From Pararhizobium sp. IMCC21322 (GTDB lineage: Bacteria; Pseudomonadota; Alphaproteobacteria; Rhizobiales; GCA-2746425): a stretch of DNA of 32,000 bases. The notes under the pieces were generated by a model that was not told where the DNA came from, ran no database searches, and saw only the letters and a list, made by a program, of their open reading frames with translations. The position numbers and the translations under genes were made by a program. The DNA is taken from the NCBI RefSeq assembly GCF_030758295.1, contig NZ_CP132335.1, positions 812,412-844,411 on the forward strand, given 5' to 3'. Positions 23,555 through 30,875 of this stretch are shown piece by piece. The number at the start of each line of letters is the position of its first letter. The first letter of the stretch is position 1.

Positions 23555-24726
23555 CCCATATACCCCCCGAGCAGGACCCGAAGGTCCCCGCAGACCGGCC
23601 CATCGATCCGAATGAGCCGTTCCGGCTTCGCGCCGCGCCGCCGCGCGTCGTCCGCCTGTCGCGCAAGGTTTTGGCCGGATTGGCGATCGTGGTGGCGCTC
23701 GGTATCGGCGGCGCGCTGATCTTCGCGCTTCAGGGCCGCGAAGATGGCGTGGGGCCGAACGAGTTGTTCACCACGCAGAACCGTCCGACCGCCGACGAAT
23801 TGCGCCGACTGCCGTCCAACTACGGTGATGTCCCGCAACTGGGACCGGCGCTTCCCGGCGACCTCGGCCGCCCGATCCGTCGCGCCCAGGAAGAAGGTCG
23901 TCCGGTACCTGCCATCGTGGCACCTGGGCCTGACCCCGCGGAACAAAGGCGTCTGGCGGAACTAGAGGCGGCCCGGGTCAGTCAGCTGTTCATCGGCACG
24001 CAGAACCGCGGTCGATCGACCGGCGCACCCCAACCGGCATTTGGCATCGGTGCTCAACCCGTAGCAGGTGCGACACAGCAAACTGCTCAGGACAGGCAAC
24101 TGGCATTTCTCAATGCCCCAGTCGATCGCCGTACCGTCTCTGCAGATCGGATATCGCCACCCCCGTCTCCATACACGCTTCAGGCGGGCGCGATCATCTC
24201 CGCTGCACTCGTAACCGGTATTCGCTCCGACCTGCCGGGCCAGATCACCGCCCAGGTGACCGAGAACGTCTATGACAGTCCGTCCGGCCGCTATCTGCTC
24301 ATTCCCCAGGGCACCCGGCTGATCGGTGAATATGATAGCGGTGTCGGGTTCGGACAGCGTCGGGTGCTGCTGGTGTGGAATCGCCTGATCCTACCCGGTG
24401 GCCGCTCAATTGTGCTCGAACGGCAACCAGGAGCCGATGCTGCTGGCTTCGCCGGACTGGAAGACGGCGTCGACCATCATTGGTGGGACATCGCCAAGGC
24501 TGCAGCGCTCTCGACCTTGCTCAATATCGGGGCCGAGTTTGGAAGAGACGAGAACAACGAAATCGCCGAAGCGATCCGAGATGGCGCGCAGGATACGATT
24601 GGCGATGCCGGGCAGGAAATTGTCCGGCGTCAGGTTGGGCGAACTCCGACGCTGACCATTCGGCCCGGTTTTCCGGTGCGGGTGATCGTTACACGCGACC
24701 TGATCCTCGAACCAGTGAGGGAATAG
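23551..24726 (+). CDS. trbI: TrbI (VirB10-like)
   Basis: An N-terminal TM segment and a Pro-rich linker are followed by the conserved C-terminal domain LQAGAIISAALVTGIRSDLPGQITAQVTENVYDS..GRYLLIPQGTRLIGEYDS. The start overlaps the trbG stop codon (ATGA). Confidence 0.9.
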   Translation: MTHIPPEQDPKVPADRPIDPNEPFRLRAAPPRVVRLSRKVLAGLAIVVALGIGGALIFALQGREDGVGPNELFTTQNRPTADELRRLPSNYGDVPQLGPALPGDLGRPIRRAQEEGRPVPAIVAPGPDPAEQRRLAELEAARVSQLFIGTQNRGRSTGAPQPAFGIGAQPVAGATQQTAQDRQLAFLNAPVDRRTVSADRISPPPSPYTLQAGAIISAALVTGIRSDLPGQITAQVTENVYDSPSGRYLLIPQGTRLIGEYDSGVGFGQRRVLLVWNRLILPGGRSIVLERQPGADAAGFAGLEDGVDHHWWDIAKAAALSTLLNIGAEFGRDENNEIAEAIRDGAQDTIGDAGQEIVRRQVGRTPTLTIRPGFPVRVIVTRDLILEPVRE

Positions 24727-24728
24727 GC

Positions 24729-24980
24729 ATGGCTAAGCTGAAACTCGGATCGATCGTGGATGATAAGCCGGTGAAACTTACCGTAGAGTTGCCTGCTGCC
24801 GTGCATCGCGATCTTGTGGCCTACGCCGAGATCCTGGCGCATGAGACCGGCGGAGCGCCGGCCGTCCCAGCCAAGTTGATCGCACCGATGGTTGCCCGGT
24901 TTATGGCAACCGATCGTGGATTCGCAAAGGCGCGGCGGATGTCTACGAAGACGGATCCTTCGCCGACATCACGTGCATGA
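24729..24980 (+). CDS. DUF2274 domain protein, the usual last gene of this trb operon type
   Basis: The sequence is MAKLKLGSIVDDKPVKLTVELPAAVHRDLVAYAEILAHETG...LIAPMVARFMATDRGFAKARR. The listed ORF 24375..24980 shares the frame but its N-terminal part overlaps trbI. Confidence 0.8.
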   Translation: MAKLKLGSIVDDKPVKLTVELPAAVHRDLVAYAEILAHETGGAPAVPAKLIAPMVARFMATDRGFAKARRMSTKTDPSPTSRA

Positions 24981-25899
24981 GTTCAGTCTCAGTTTGTTTG
25001 CTACGACCAATACCGTTTTGATGGGCCATTGCTTTGGCAAGACTCAGCATACGACGAAATGCAGGATTGTCGTTGCGTGGCGACCAAACCGCACAGAAGG
25101 GGAGTGTCTCGCCATCAAGCGGCCTGTAGACGACACCGGGAAATTGAGCCGCGATGGTCGACTCGCTCGTTAGAGTCAGCCCCCGGCCAAATGAGACGAT
25201 CTGCATCAGATTGTCACGACCGACACGGTGGCGCTCAATCGATGGTTGTACCCCCAAATCGGCCAGATGCTTTACCAAGAAGTCCTGGATTTCCGGGCCC
25301 GGATCGCTCTCGCTCACGACGAATGCCTCGCCGTATAGATCGCGCCAACGGAGGGAGGCTCGTTTCGCTAAATCGTGAGCACGCGGCAAAACAACGAACA
25401 CGCGCTCGGTCCAGAATTGAGAGGCGTCGCAGTCGGACAACATTGGTACACCCGTGACGAAGGCAACATCTAGGTTGTGGAGACGCACTGCAGAGATATG
25501 GTCAGACGGCGCCCCTTCGACAATATCGATCCGCACATCGCCGTATCGTGAGCAGTAAGTGTGTAACAACCGAGCAAGAAAACCAGACGCGAGAGACGAG
25601 AATATCCCCATCCGAATGGCTCCTCTTTCGCCGCGACCAATCAATCCGATACCCACCGCCGCATGTGAAATTTCGCTCAATGCTTGCTGGGCGTGACGGA
25701 CGAATTTCTTGCCAGCGTGAGTCAGAATGACGCCGCCGGAATGCCGGATGAAAAGAGCAGCTCCTATCTCGTCTTCGAGGTCACGGATACGCCTGCTCAC
25801 CGCAGATTGTTCGATCTCAAGTGTTTTCGCTGCTTGGCGAAAGCTTCCGCATTTGGATGCGGCAACGACGTAGCGCAGATGTCGCACCTCAATCCTCAT
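24943..25899 (-). CDS. LysR-family transcriptional regulator (copy 1)
   Basis: The gene starts at MRIEVRHLRYVVAASKCGSFRQAAKTLEIEQSAVSRRIRDLEDEIGAALF (LysR HTH). The listed 447-aa ORF extends upstream into the MFS gene in another frame. The 3' end overlaps the DUF2274 gene by 38 nt. Confidence 0.85.
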   Translation of the reverse strand: MRIEVRHLRYVVAASKCGSFRQAAKTLEIEQSAVSRRIRDLEDEIGAALFIRHSGGVILTHAGKKFVRHAQQALSEISHAAVGIGLIGRGERGAIRMGIFSSLASGFLARLLHTYCSRYGDVRIDIVEGAPSDHISAVRLHNLDVAFVTGVPMLSDCDASQFWTERVFVVLPRAHDLAKRASLRWRDLYGEAFVVSESDPGPEIQDFLVKHLADLGVQPSIERHRVGRDNLMQIVSFGRGLTLTSESTIAAQFPGVVYRPLDGETLPFCAVWSPRNDNPAFRRMLSLAKAMAHQNGIGRSKQTETELMHVMSAKDPSS

Positions 25900-25943
25900 C
25901 GGAATAGACCGCACCATCGAATGCTGAATATTGTGATCACTAT

Positions 25944-27098
25944 TCACGACGGTGCGGCTCCTTCCTTCTCCGTGGATGATACTGGCATGAGCGACACTAT
26001 TGCAGCGCACAGCAGTGCAATGGCCAAAACCGCGACCCATACAGCCGAAACGCCGTAAGCAAGCGAGGCAAGACCCGTTGCCGCTGCAACGCCCAGGTTC
26101 ATCGCGCTCATCGCGAAGGCCATCAGCGTACCGCGACGTTCGGCGGACAATGCAGCAATGTGCGTCTGAAGAGCGGGCGCACCGACACCGCCCAACAACG
26201 CCCAGGCCGCCAATGCTGCACAAACAAGGATGAGAGGCGCAATATCCAGTGCGTAAATCACTACAATCGCGACCAGCACAAAGCATAATGCGACGCGCAT
26301 GATGCGGCGTCCGGAACCGAACAGTCGAACTGCGGATGGCATTAAGAAGTTTCCGGCAAAAGTCAGCAATCCGAAACCGGCGTATATCAATCCGATCGTA
26401 CCGGTTCCGAGCTCGAACTGATCCCTCAGCCGCTCGCCAACCAGAGCAAACATTCCAATGGCACCACCAAGTCCAAGCCCCATCGCGATCAAGGCGCCGA
26501 TCGCGCCAGGCACAAAGAGCTGCCCGTCGTCGGGTAATGCACTTGTCTTTGTGGCCATGGACTTACGACTGAGAAAGCCAAAAAGAGCGATCGGGAGTGC
26601 AAGGACACCCAAACCCGCAAATGCCGATCGCCAAGATATATACTGAGTGGCCAATGCACCGATGCTGGGACTGAGGATTATGCCAAGCGTTAAACCCGAG
26701 GTCACAACTGCGATGGCTTTCGCGCCTTTGGCCTCGCCTTCATCGCCGGCCAACGCAAATGCGACAGGCAACATTCCGGCACTGGCGGCTCCCGTGACGA
26801 CACGCGTAAGCAACCCCAGTTCAAAGCTGTTGACCAACGAAGTCGCGATCGAAGCTATTGCGAACACCAGCGAGGCTGGCGCCAGTACTGTCACGCGCCC
26901 GAACCTGTCCGACAAGTTGCCGAAAATCGGAGCAAGCAGGGCCAGTGGTAAACTGTAGGCCGCCACGAACAGGACGACGCGTTCGGGAGGAACGCCGAGA
27001 TCACTACCGATCGGTGTGAGGATTGGACCAAGTAGAAATTCGTCAGCGCCGACGAGAAAGGCGATCAGGAATAGAAGTATCAGGCGGGGAAGTGGCAT
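25944..27098 (-). CDS. MFS transporter (12-TM type)
   Basis: From MPLPRLILLFLIAFLVGADEFLLGPILTPIGSDLGV..., the FGNLSDRFGR motif (MFS loop 2-3) and repeated hydrophobic helices are present. Confidence 0.85.
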   Translation of the reverse strand: MPLPRLILLFLIAFLVGADEFLLGPILTPIGSDLGVPPERVVLFVAAYSLPLALLAPIFGNLSDRFGRVTVLAPASLVFAIASIATSLVNSFELGLLTRVVTGAASAGMLPVAFALAGDEGEAKGAKAIAVVTSGLTLGIILSPSIGALATQYISWRSAFAGLGVLALPIALFGFLSRKSMATKTSALPDDGQLFVPGAIGALIAMGLGLGGAIGMFALVGERLRDQFELGTGTIGLIYAGFGLLTFAGNFLMPSAVRLFGSGRRIMRVALCFVLVAIVVIYALDIAPLILVCAALAAWALLGGVGAPALQTHIAALSAERRGTLMAFAMSAMNLGVAAATGLASLAYGVSAVWVAVLAIALLCAAIVSLMPVSSTEKEGAAPS

Positions 27099-27483
27099 GG
27101 TGTTTGCTCTCTTTGTTCGGGTGTGAACGAAGAGATGCCGCGAATGAGTCCATGCGGGTGGTGACAGCTTCACGCTTGCTTTCCAACTCGGCAATCAGCC
27201 GGTCGATTTGCTCACGCTTATGCTGCAAATCCGCTAGACCGCCTTCACATGCACCAGCGCCGTCATCGCTCAGGCATGGGGCCATGGCGAGTATTTCGCG
27301 GGTCGAAAAGCCAGTCGCAATCAGGTCTCGCACACGCTCGGCGCGCCGAAAATCGCTCTCGTTATAGACGCGATATCCATTACTCCCGCGCTCCGGATTA
27401 AGTAGACCGGTCGCTTCGTAATGGCGAAGAGTTCGCTGACTGACACCGAGGCGATTGGCGAGTTCCTGAATCTGCATTTGCAT
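27043..27483 (-). CDS. MerR-family transcriptional regulator with a Cys-x8-Cys loop
   Basis: IQELANRLGVSQRTLRHYEATGLLNPERGSNGYRVYNESDFRRAERVRDLIATGFS is a MerR HTH. The C-terminal CLSDDGAGAC resembles the CueR-type metal loop. The 3' end overlaps the MFS start by 56 nt. Confidence 0.85.
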   Translation of the reverse strand: MQMQIQELANRLGVSQRTLRHYEATGLLNPERGSNGYRVYNESDFRRAERVRDLIATGFSTREILAMAPCLSDDGAGACEGGLADLQHKREQIDRLIAELESKREAVTTRMDSFAASLRSHPNKESKHHATSPPDTSIPDRLSRRR

Positions 27484-27551
27484 CCCTTCCCGACCCTCTT
27501 ACGGGGTTAACACTAGCGTCAATGTCAAGCCTGATAATTGGAGTTTTAATA

Positions 27552-28481
27552 TCAAGGGCCCGCCATGGCTCGATGCGTCGAGCTGTTGCATAGACTATTG
27601 CGTCGCGCCATCACTCTGGCGAGACTGAGCAACCGGCGCAGCGCCGGATTATCATTCTTCGGTGACCAGATGGCGCAGAAGGGAAGTGCCTCGCCGGCTA
27701 ACAAACGATAGACGACGCGTGGGAACTTCGTACCGGTCGTTGCTTCGCTGGTGAGCGTCAGGCCCTTTCCCAATGAGACGAGCTGCATGAGATTATCACG
27801 ACCGACCGCGCAGTATTCGACGCTCGGATGGTAGCCGGGAAGCGACAAATGTTTGACGAGAAAATCGTGAATCTCGGGACCAGGATCGCTTCGACTGACG
27901 ATGAAATGGCGATTGCGGAGATCATTCCAAGCAATCTCGGCGAGGTTGGCCAACTTATCTGCTTCGGGAAGCACGACGAAGACGCGCTCCGTCCAAAGGT
28001 GCTGTCCCTCGCAGTCAGGCGGTGCAAAAGGCCCGGTAAGGAACGCGATGTCTAGCTTGAAATGGCGGATGGCTGAAAGATGCTCTCTGGGTGAGCCTTC
28101 GATGAAATCAAGACGAACATCGGTATGTCGTTGCTCGTAAGCACGCATTAGATCTGCGATAAATCCCGAAGAGATGGATGAAAAGATACCAACCCGGACG
28201 ATACCGGCATTGCCGCAGCCATGCGCATTTACCAGACTGGCCGCACGTTCGATCTGCCCCACGACGCGCCTGGCGTGCTCAAGAAAACCCTCTCCAGCAA
28301 AGGTCAGCTCGACGCCGCCAGAATGGCGGTTGAACAACGACGCCCCAAGCTCCTCTTCCAGGTCGCGGATACGCCGACTGATCGCGGACTGATGGACTCC
28401 GACAATGCTCGCCGCCCGCCGAAAGCTATGGTGTTCGGCAGCGGCAATAACGTAGCGGAGATGCCTCAGTTCAACTCTCAC
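27552..28481 (-). CDS. LysR-family transcriptional regulator (copy 2, paralogue of copy 1), probable GTG start
   Basis: VRVELRHLRYVIAAAEHHSFRRAASIVGVHQSAISRRIRDLEEELGASLF aligns position by position with copy 1. The GTG at 28479-28481 corresponds to the Met of copy 1. The listed start at 28628 would overlap the aldo/keto reductase gene. Confidence 0.8.
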   Translation of the reverse strand: MRVELRHLRYVIAAAEHHSFRRAASIVGVHQSAISRRIRDLEEELGASLFNRHSGGVELTFAGEGFLEHARRVVGQIERAASLVNAHGCGNAGIVRVGIFSSISSGFIADLMRAYEQRHTDVRLDFIEGSPREHLSAIRHFKLDIAFLTGPFAPPDCEGQHLWTERVFVVLPEADKLANLAEIAWNDLRNRHFIVSRSDPGPEIHDFLVKHLSLPGYHPSVEYCAVGRDNLMQLVSLGKGLTLTSEATTGTKFPRVVYRLLAGEALPFCAIWSPKNDNPALRRLLSLARVMARRNSLCNSSTHRAMAGP

Positions 28482-28504
28482 ATTACATTGGGTGGTATTT
28501 CCGT

Positions 28505-29539
28505 TCACACCACTGGTGGGTTGAGCCGGGCAAAACCTTCCTGTCTGCGGTAAGGGAAATAGGGATAGGGTGCCGTCACCACACTCGCTGCGTCGAGCTT
28601 GACAATTTGATCTGGTGTTAGCTTCCAACCGACCGCTCCGAGATTGTCACGAAGCTGTTTCTCATTTCGCGCGCCGATGATGACGGATGAGACGGTCGGA
28701 CGTTGCAGCAGCCAATTGATCGCGATCTGAGGTATGGTTTTGCCCGTTTCCTGGGCAACGTCGTCGAGCGCATCGACAATATCGAACAGTCGTTCGTCAT
28801 CGACCGGAGGGCCAAATTCGGCCGTCTGATGCAAACGGCTCCCTTCCGGTATCGGCTGGCCGCGCCGGATCTTTCCAGTCAGCCGACCCCAACCGAGCGG
28901 GCTCCAGACCATTGCGCCGACGCCTTGATCTACACCAAGAGGCATCAACTCCCACTCGTAATCACGACCCACCAGAGAATAGTAGACCTGATGCGCTACA
29001 TAGCGCGACCGACCATGTTTCTCAGACAAGCCCAGCGATTTCATGACCTGCCAGCCGGAGAAATTCGAGACGCCGATATATCGAACCTTTCCAGCATGCA
29101 CGAGGTCATCGAGCGTGGAGAGAACCTCTTCGATAGGTGTGCCAGCATCGAAAGCGTGGAGTTGGAGAAGATCGATATAGTCAGTGCCGAGCCGGCGGAG
29201 CGCATTTTCAACTGACCGGATCAGACGCGAGCGGGAAGAACCGGAATCATAGGGTCCGTCGCCCATCGGCAACGCCGTTTTGGTGGAAATGAGCACCTTG
29301 TCGCGCCGGCCCTTGATGGCTTCGCCGAGCACTTCCTCCGAAGCCCCGTCGGAATAGACGTCGGCGGTATCGAAAAGGTTGACCCCCGCATCCAGGCAAA
29401 TGTCGACAAGATGTCGCGCTTCTTTTGCGTCGGTGTCACCCCAAGCGCCAAATAGAGGGCCGGAGCCGCCGAATGTTCCCGCGCCGAAGCTCAATGCCGG
29501 GACTTTGAGGCCGGACCTGCCAAGAGAACGATATTCCAT
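28505..29539 (-). CDS. Aldo/keto reductase
   Basis: MEYRSLGRSGLKVPALSFGAGTFGG...NLFDTADVYSDGASEEVLGEAIKGRRDKVLISTK and ..IGVSNFSGWQ.. are AKR signatures. An AAGGA ribosome-binding site lies upstream of the ATG. Confidence 0.9.
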   Translation of the reverse strand: MEYRSLGRSGLKVPALSFGAGTFGGSGPLFGAWGDTDAKEARHLVDICLDAGVNLFDTADVYSDGASEEVLGEAIKGRRDKVLISTKTALPMGDGPYDSGSSRSRLIRSVENALRRLGTDYIDLLQLHAFDAGTPIEEVLSTLDDLVHAGKVRYIGVSNFSGWQVMKSLGLSEKHGRSRYVAHQVYYSLVGRDYEWELMPLGVDQGVGAMVWSPLGWGRLTGKIRRGQPIPEGSRLHQTAEFGPPVDDERLFDIVDALDDVAQETGKTIPQIAINWLLQRPTVSSVIIGARNEKQLRDNLGAVGWKLTPDQIVKLDAASVVTAPYPYFPYRRQEGFARLNPPVV

Positions 29540-29574
29540 GAGATATTCCTTTCAGATTTTTAAACAGGGACCAA

Positions 29575-30870
29575 TCAGCGGCCGAGCAGCGCATTGAGGT
29601 CGACGGCTTGGGCCATCGCGTGGTTGCCCGTGTCGCCGGGATGGAGGTGATCGCCGGAGTCGAACGATGGGGCGAGACGTGCAGGGTTCGACGGGTCACG
29701 GAGTGCTGCGTCGAAATCGACGACGGCGTCAAAAGCGCCGCTCTCCCTGATCCAGCGGTTCACCGTTTGACGAAGAGCATCTTTGTCGGCGTCATAGTAA
29801 TCTGCGAATGGTGTGCCGGTAAGCGCGCCCTCGAACGGCGTAAGTGTCGCCCCGATGACCCTTACATTGTGCGCTTGCGCCAGAGCGATGAGCTGCTGGT
29901 AGCCAGAGATCATGGCCTCGGCAGTTGGTCTCGTCTCACGTCGGGCGAAGGCGGTGCCTGGCCAAGAAATATCGTTGATGCCAATCAGGACGATAATGGC
30001 CCTCACATTCGGTCGGGCAAATACGTCCTGTTCCAAACGCGCGACGGCGTTTACGCCCATTTTATTCCCTAGGAGACGCGCACCGGATATGCCGGCGTTC
30101 AGCACCGCAACGTCGTGTGACACCAGACGTCTTGCGAGGAAATCCGGCCAACGCGCGTCAGCATCGACCGTCGCGCCGTTCCCATCGGTGATCGAATCGC
30201 CGATCACGATGACCGCGCCGTCATTCTCGGTATCGACCAACACATCGCTCAGCAGAATGCGGGCGTCTGTCGTGGCTATCGCTTGAAAGTCGACGCTGCG
30301 TGTGAGATCGCCCCTGCCGAACCAGGCCTTTCCTCGGCCCTCCCAATGAAAGGTACTCAGCGGTGTCTCGTCGGGGAGGTAGGTGGAAACAACAAGACGC
30401 GCCTGTGCGTCCACGTTCATATTCACCGGATCACTGATAGCCGGTGCACCTGGCGGGATGACTATGAGGTCCTTACCGCCAAATGTAAGCGTGCGGATCG
30501 TATCTCCTTCAATTGCTCCGTCTTGGCCTGCCAGCGCCATTGTCGCGCTACCAATTTTCAATGAGCGTTCTCCATAGATATTCGAAAAGACGAAGCGTAC
30601 GCGCGAGCCGCCCAGGCTGATGCGCACGATCTGCCGGAAGGTCTGGTCTTCAACCGTTGCCGGGATCTTAGTTGGCAAGGCGAAATTCTCTTCCCAAACC
30701 GGCTGTGGACTGGCCATCCATGTGCCGATCCAGTCTCCATCCTCAGCTTGCGCTGGTGACTGGCCGAGAAGGACGGACGCCAGGGCAAATGCGCCAATGA
30801 ACTTGCCGAAGAACTTTTTTCTTCGGCCGTATCGGTAGCCCGTGGTCGCCGAGAGGGCTTCATTTGACAT
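29575..30870 (-). CDS. Secreted SGNH/GDSL-family hydrolase
   Basis: Block I is VIVIGDSITDGNG and block V is GDHLHPGDTGNHAMA. The N-terminus MSNEALSATTGYRYGRRKKFFGKFIGAFALASVLLGQSPAQA looks like a (possibly Tat-type) signal peptide. The listed start at 31035 overlaps the upstream MFS gene. Confidence 0.8.
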   Translation of the reverse strand: MSNEALSATTGYRYGRRKKFFGKFIGAFALASVLLGQSPAQAEDGDWIGTWMASPQPVWEENFALPTKIPATVEDQTFRQIVRISLGGSRVRFVFSNIYGERSLKIGSATMALAGQDGAIEGDTIRTLTFGGKDLIVIPPGAPAISDPVNMNVDAQARLVVSTYLPDETPLSTFHWEGRGKAWFGRGDLTRSVDFQAIATTDARILLSDVLVDTENDGAVIVIGDSITDGNGATVDADARWPDFLARRLVSHDVAVLNAGISGARLLGNKMGVNAVARLEQDVFARPNVRAIIVLIGINDISWPGTAFARRETRPTAEAMISGYQQLIALAQAHNVRVIGATLTPFEGALTGTPFADYYDADKDALRQTVNRWIRESGAFDAVVDFDAALRDPSNPARLAPSFDSGDHLHPGDTGNHAMAQAVDLNALLGR

Positions 30871-30875
30871 TGCTC

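Larger units (their letters stand above)
1..24980 (+). mobile_element. Conjugative element backbone (ICE or conjugative plasmid): regulation, RepA, DNA-transfer genes (relaxase, TraG) and P-type Trb mating-pair-formation genes. The left boundary is outside the window and the right boundary is approximate.
   Basis: An uninterrupted co-directional series of recognisable conjugation genes: relaxase with HPHIHV motif, TraG, TrbB to TrbI, TraF, lytic transglycosylase and DUF2274. Element-typical DUF736, DUF2840, DUF2285 and DUF2493 genes accompany them. Strand bias and composition change at ~24.95 kb. Confidence 0.85.

Noticed and set aside
24375-24980. Listed ORFs much longer than the genes I call: 24375..24980, 15989..16732, 16276..16995, 16943..19525, 7154..7795, 10878..12932, 24943..26286, 25944..27194, 27552..28628 and 29575..31035.
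   Set aside because: In each case the N-terminal extension overlaps the preceding gene in another frame and lacks family similarity. An internal start matches the conserved N-terminus of the family, often with a ribosome-binding site or a stop/start overlap.
27496-27528. A possible MerR-type promoter upstream of merR on the - strand: TTGACA (+ strand 27523-27528) and TAAGAG (+ strand 27496-27501) flanking the imperfect dyad.
   Set aside because: The spacer is 21 nt from TTGACA, or 15 nt from the overlapping TTGACG. Neither is the 19-20 nt typical of MerR promoters nor the canonical 17 nt, and the -10 is poor. I kept it only as a remark in the cargo finding.
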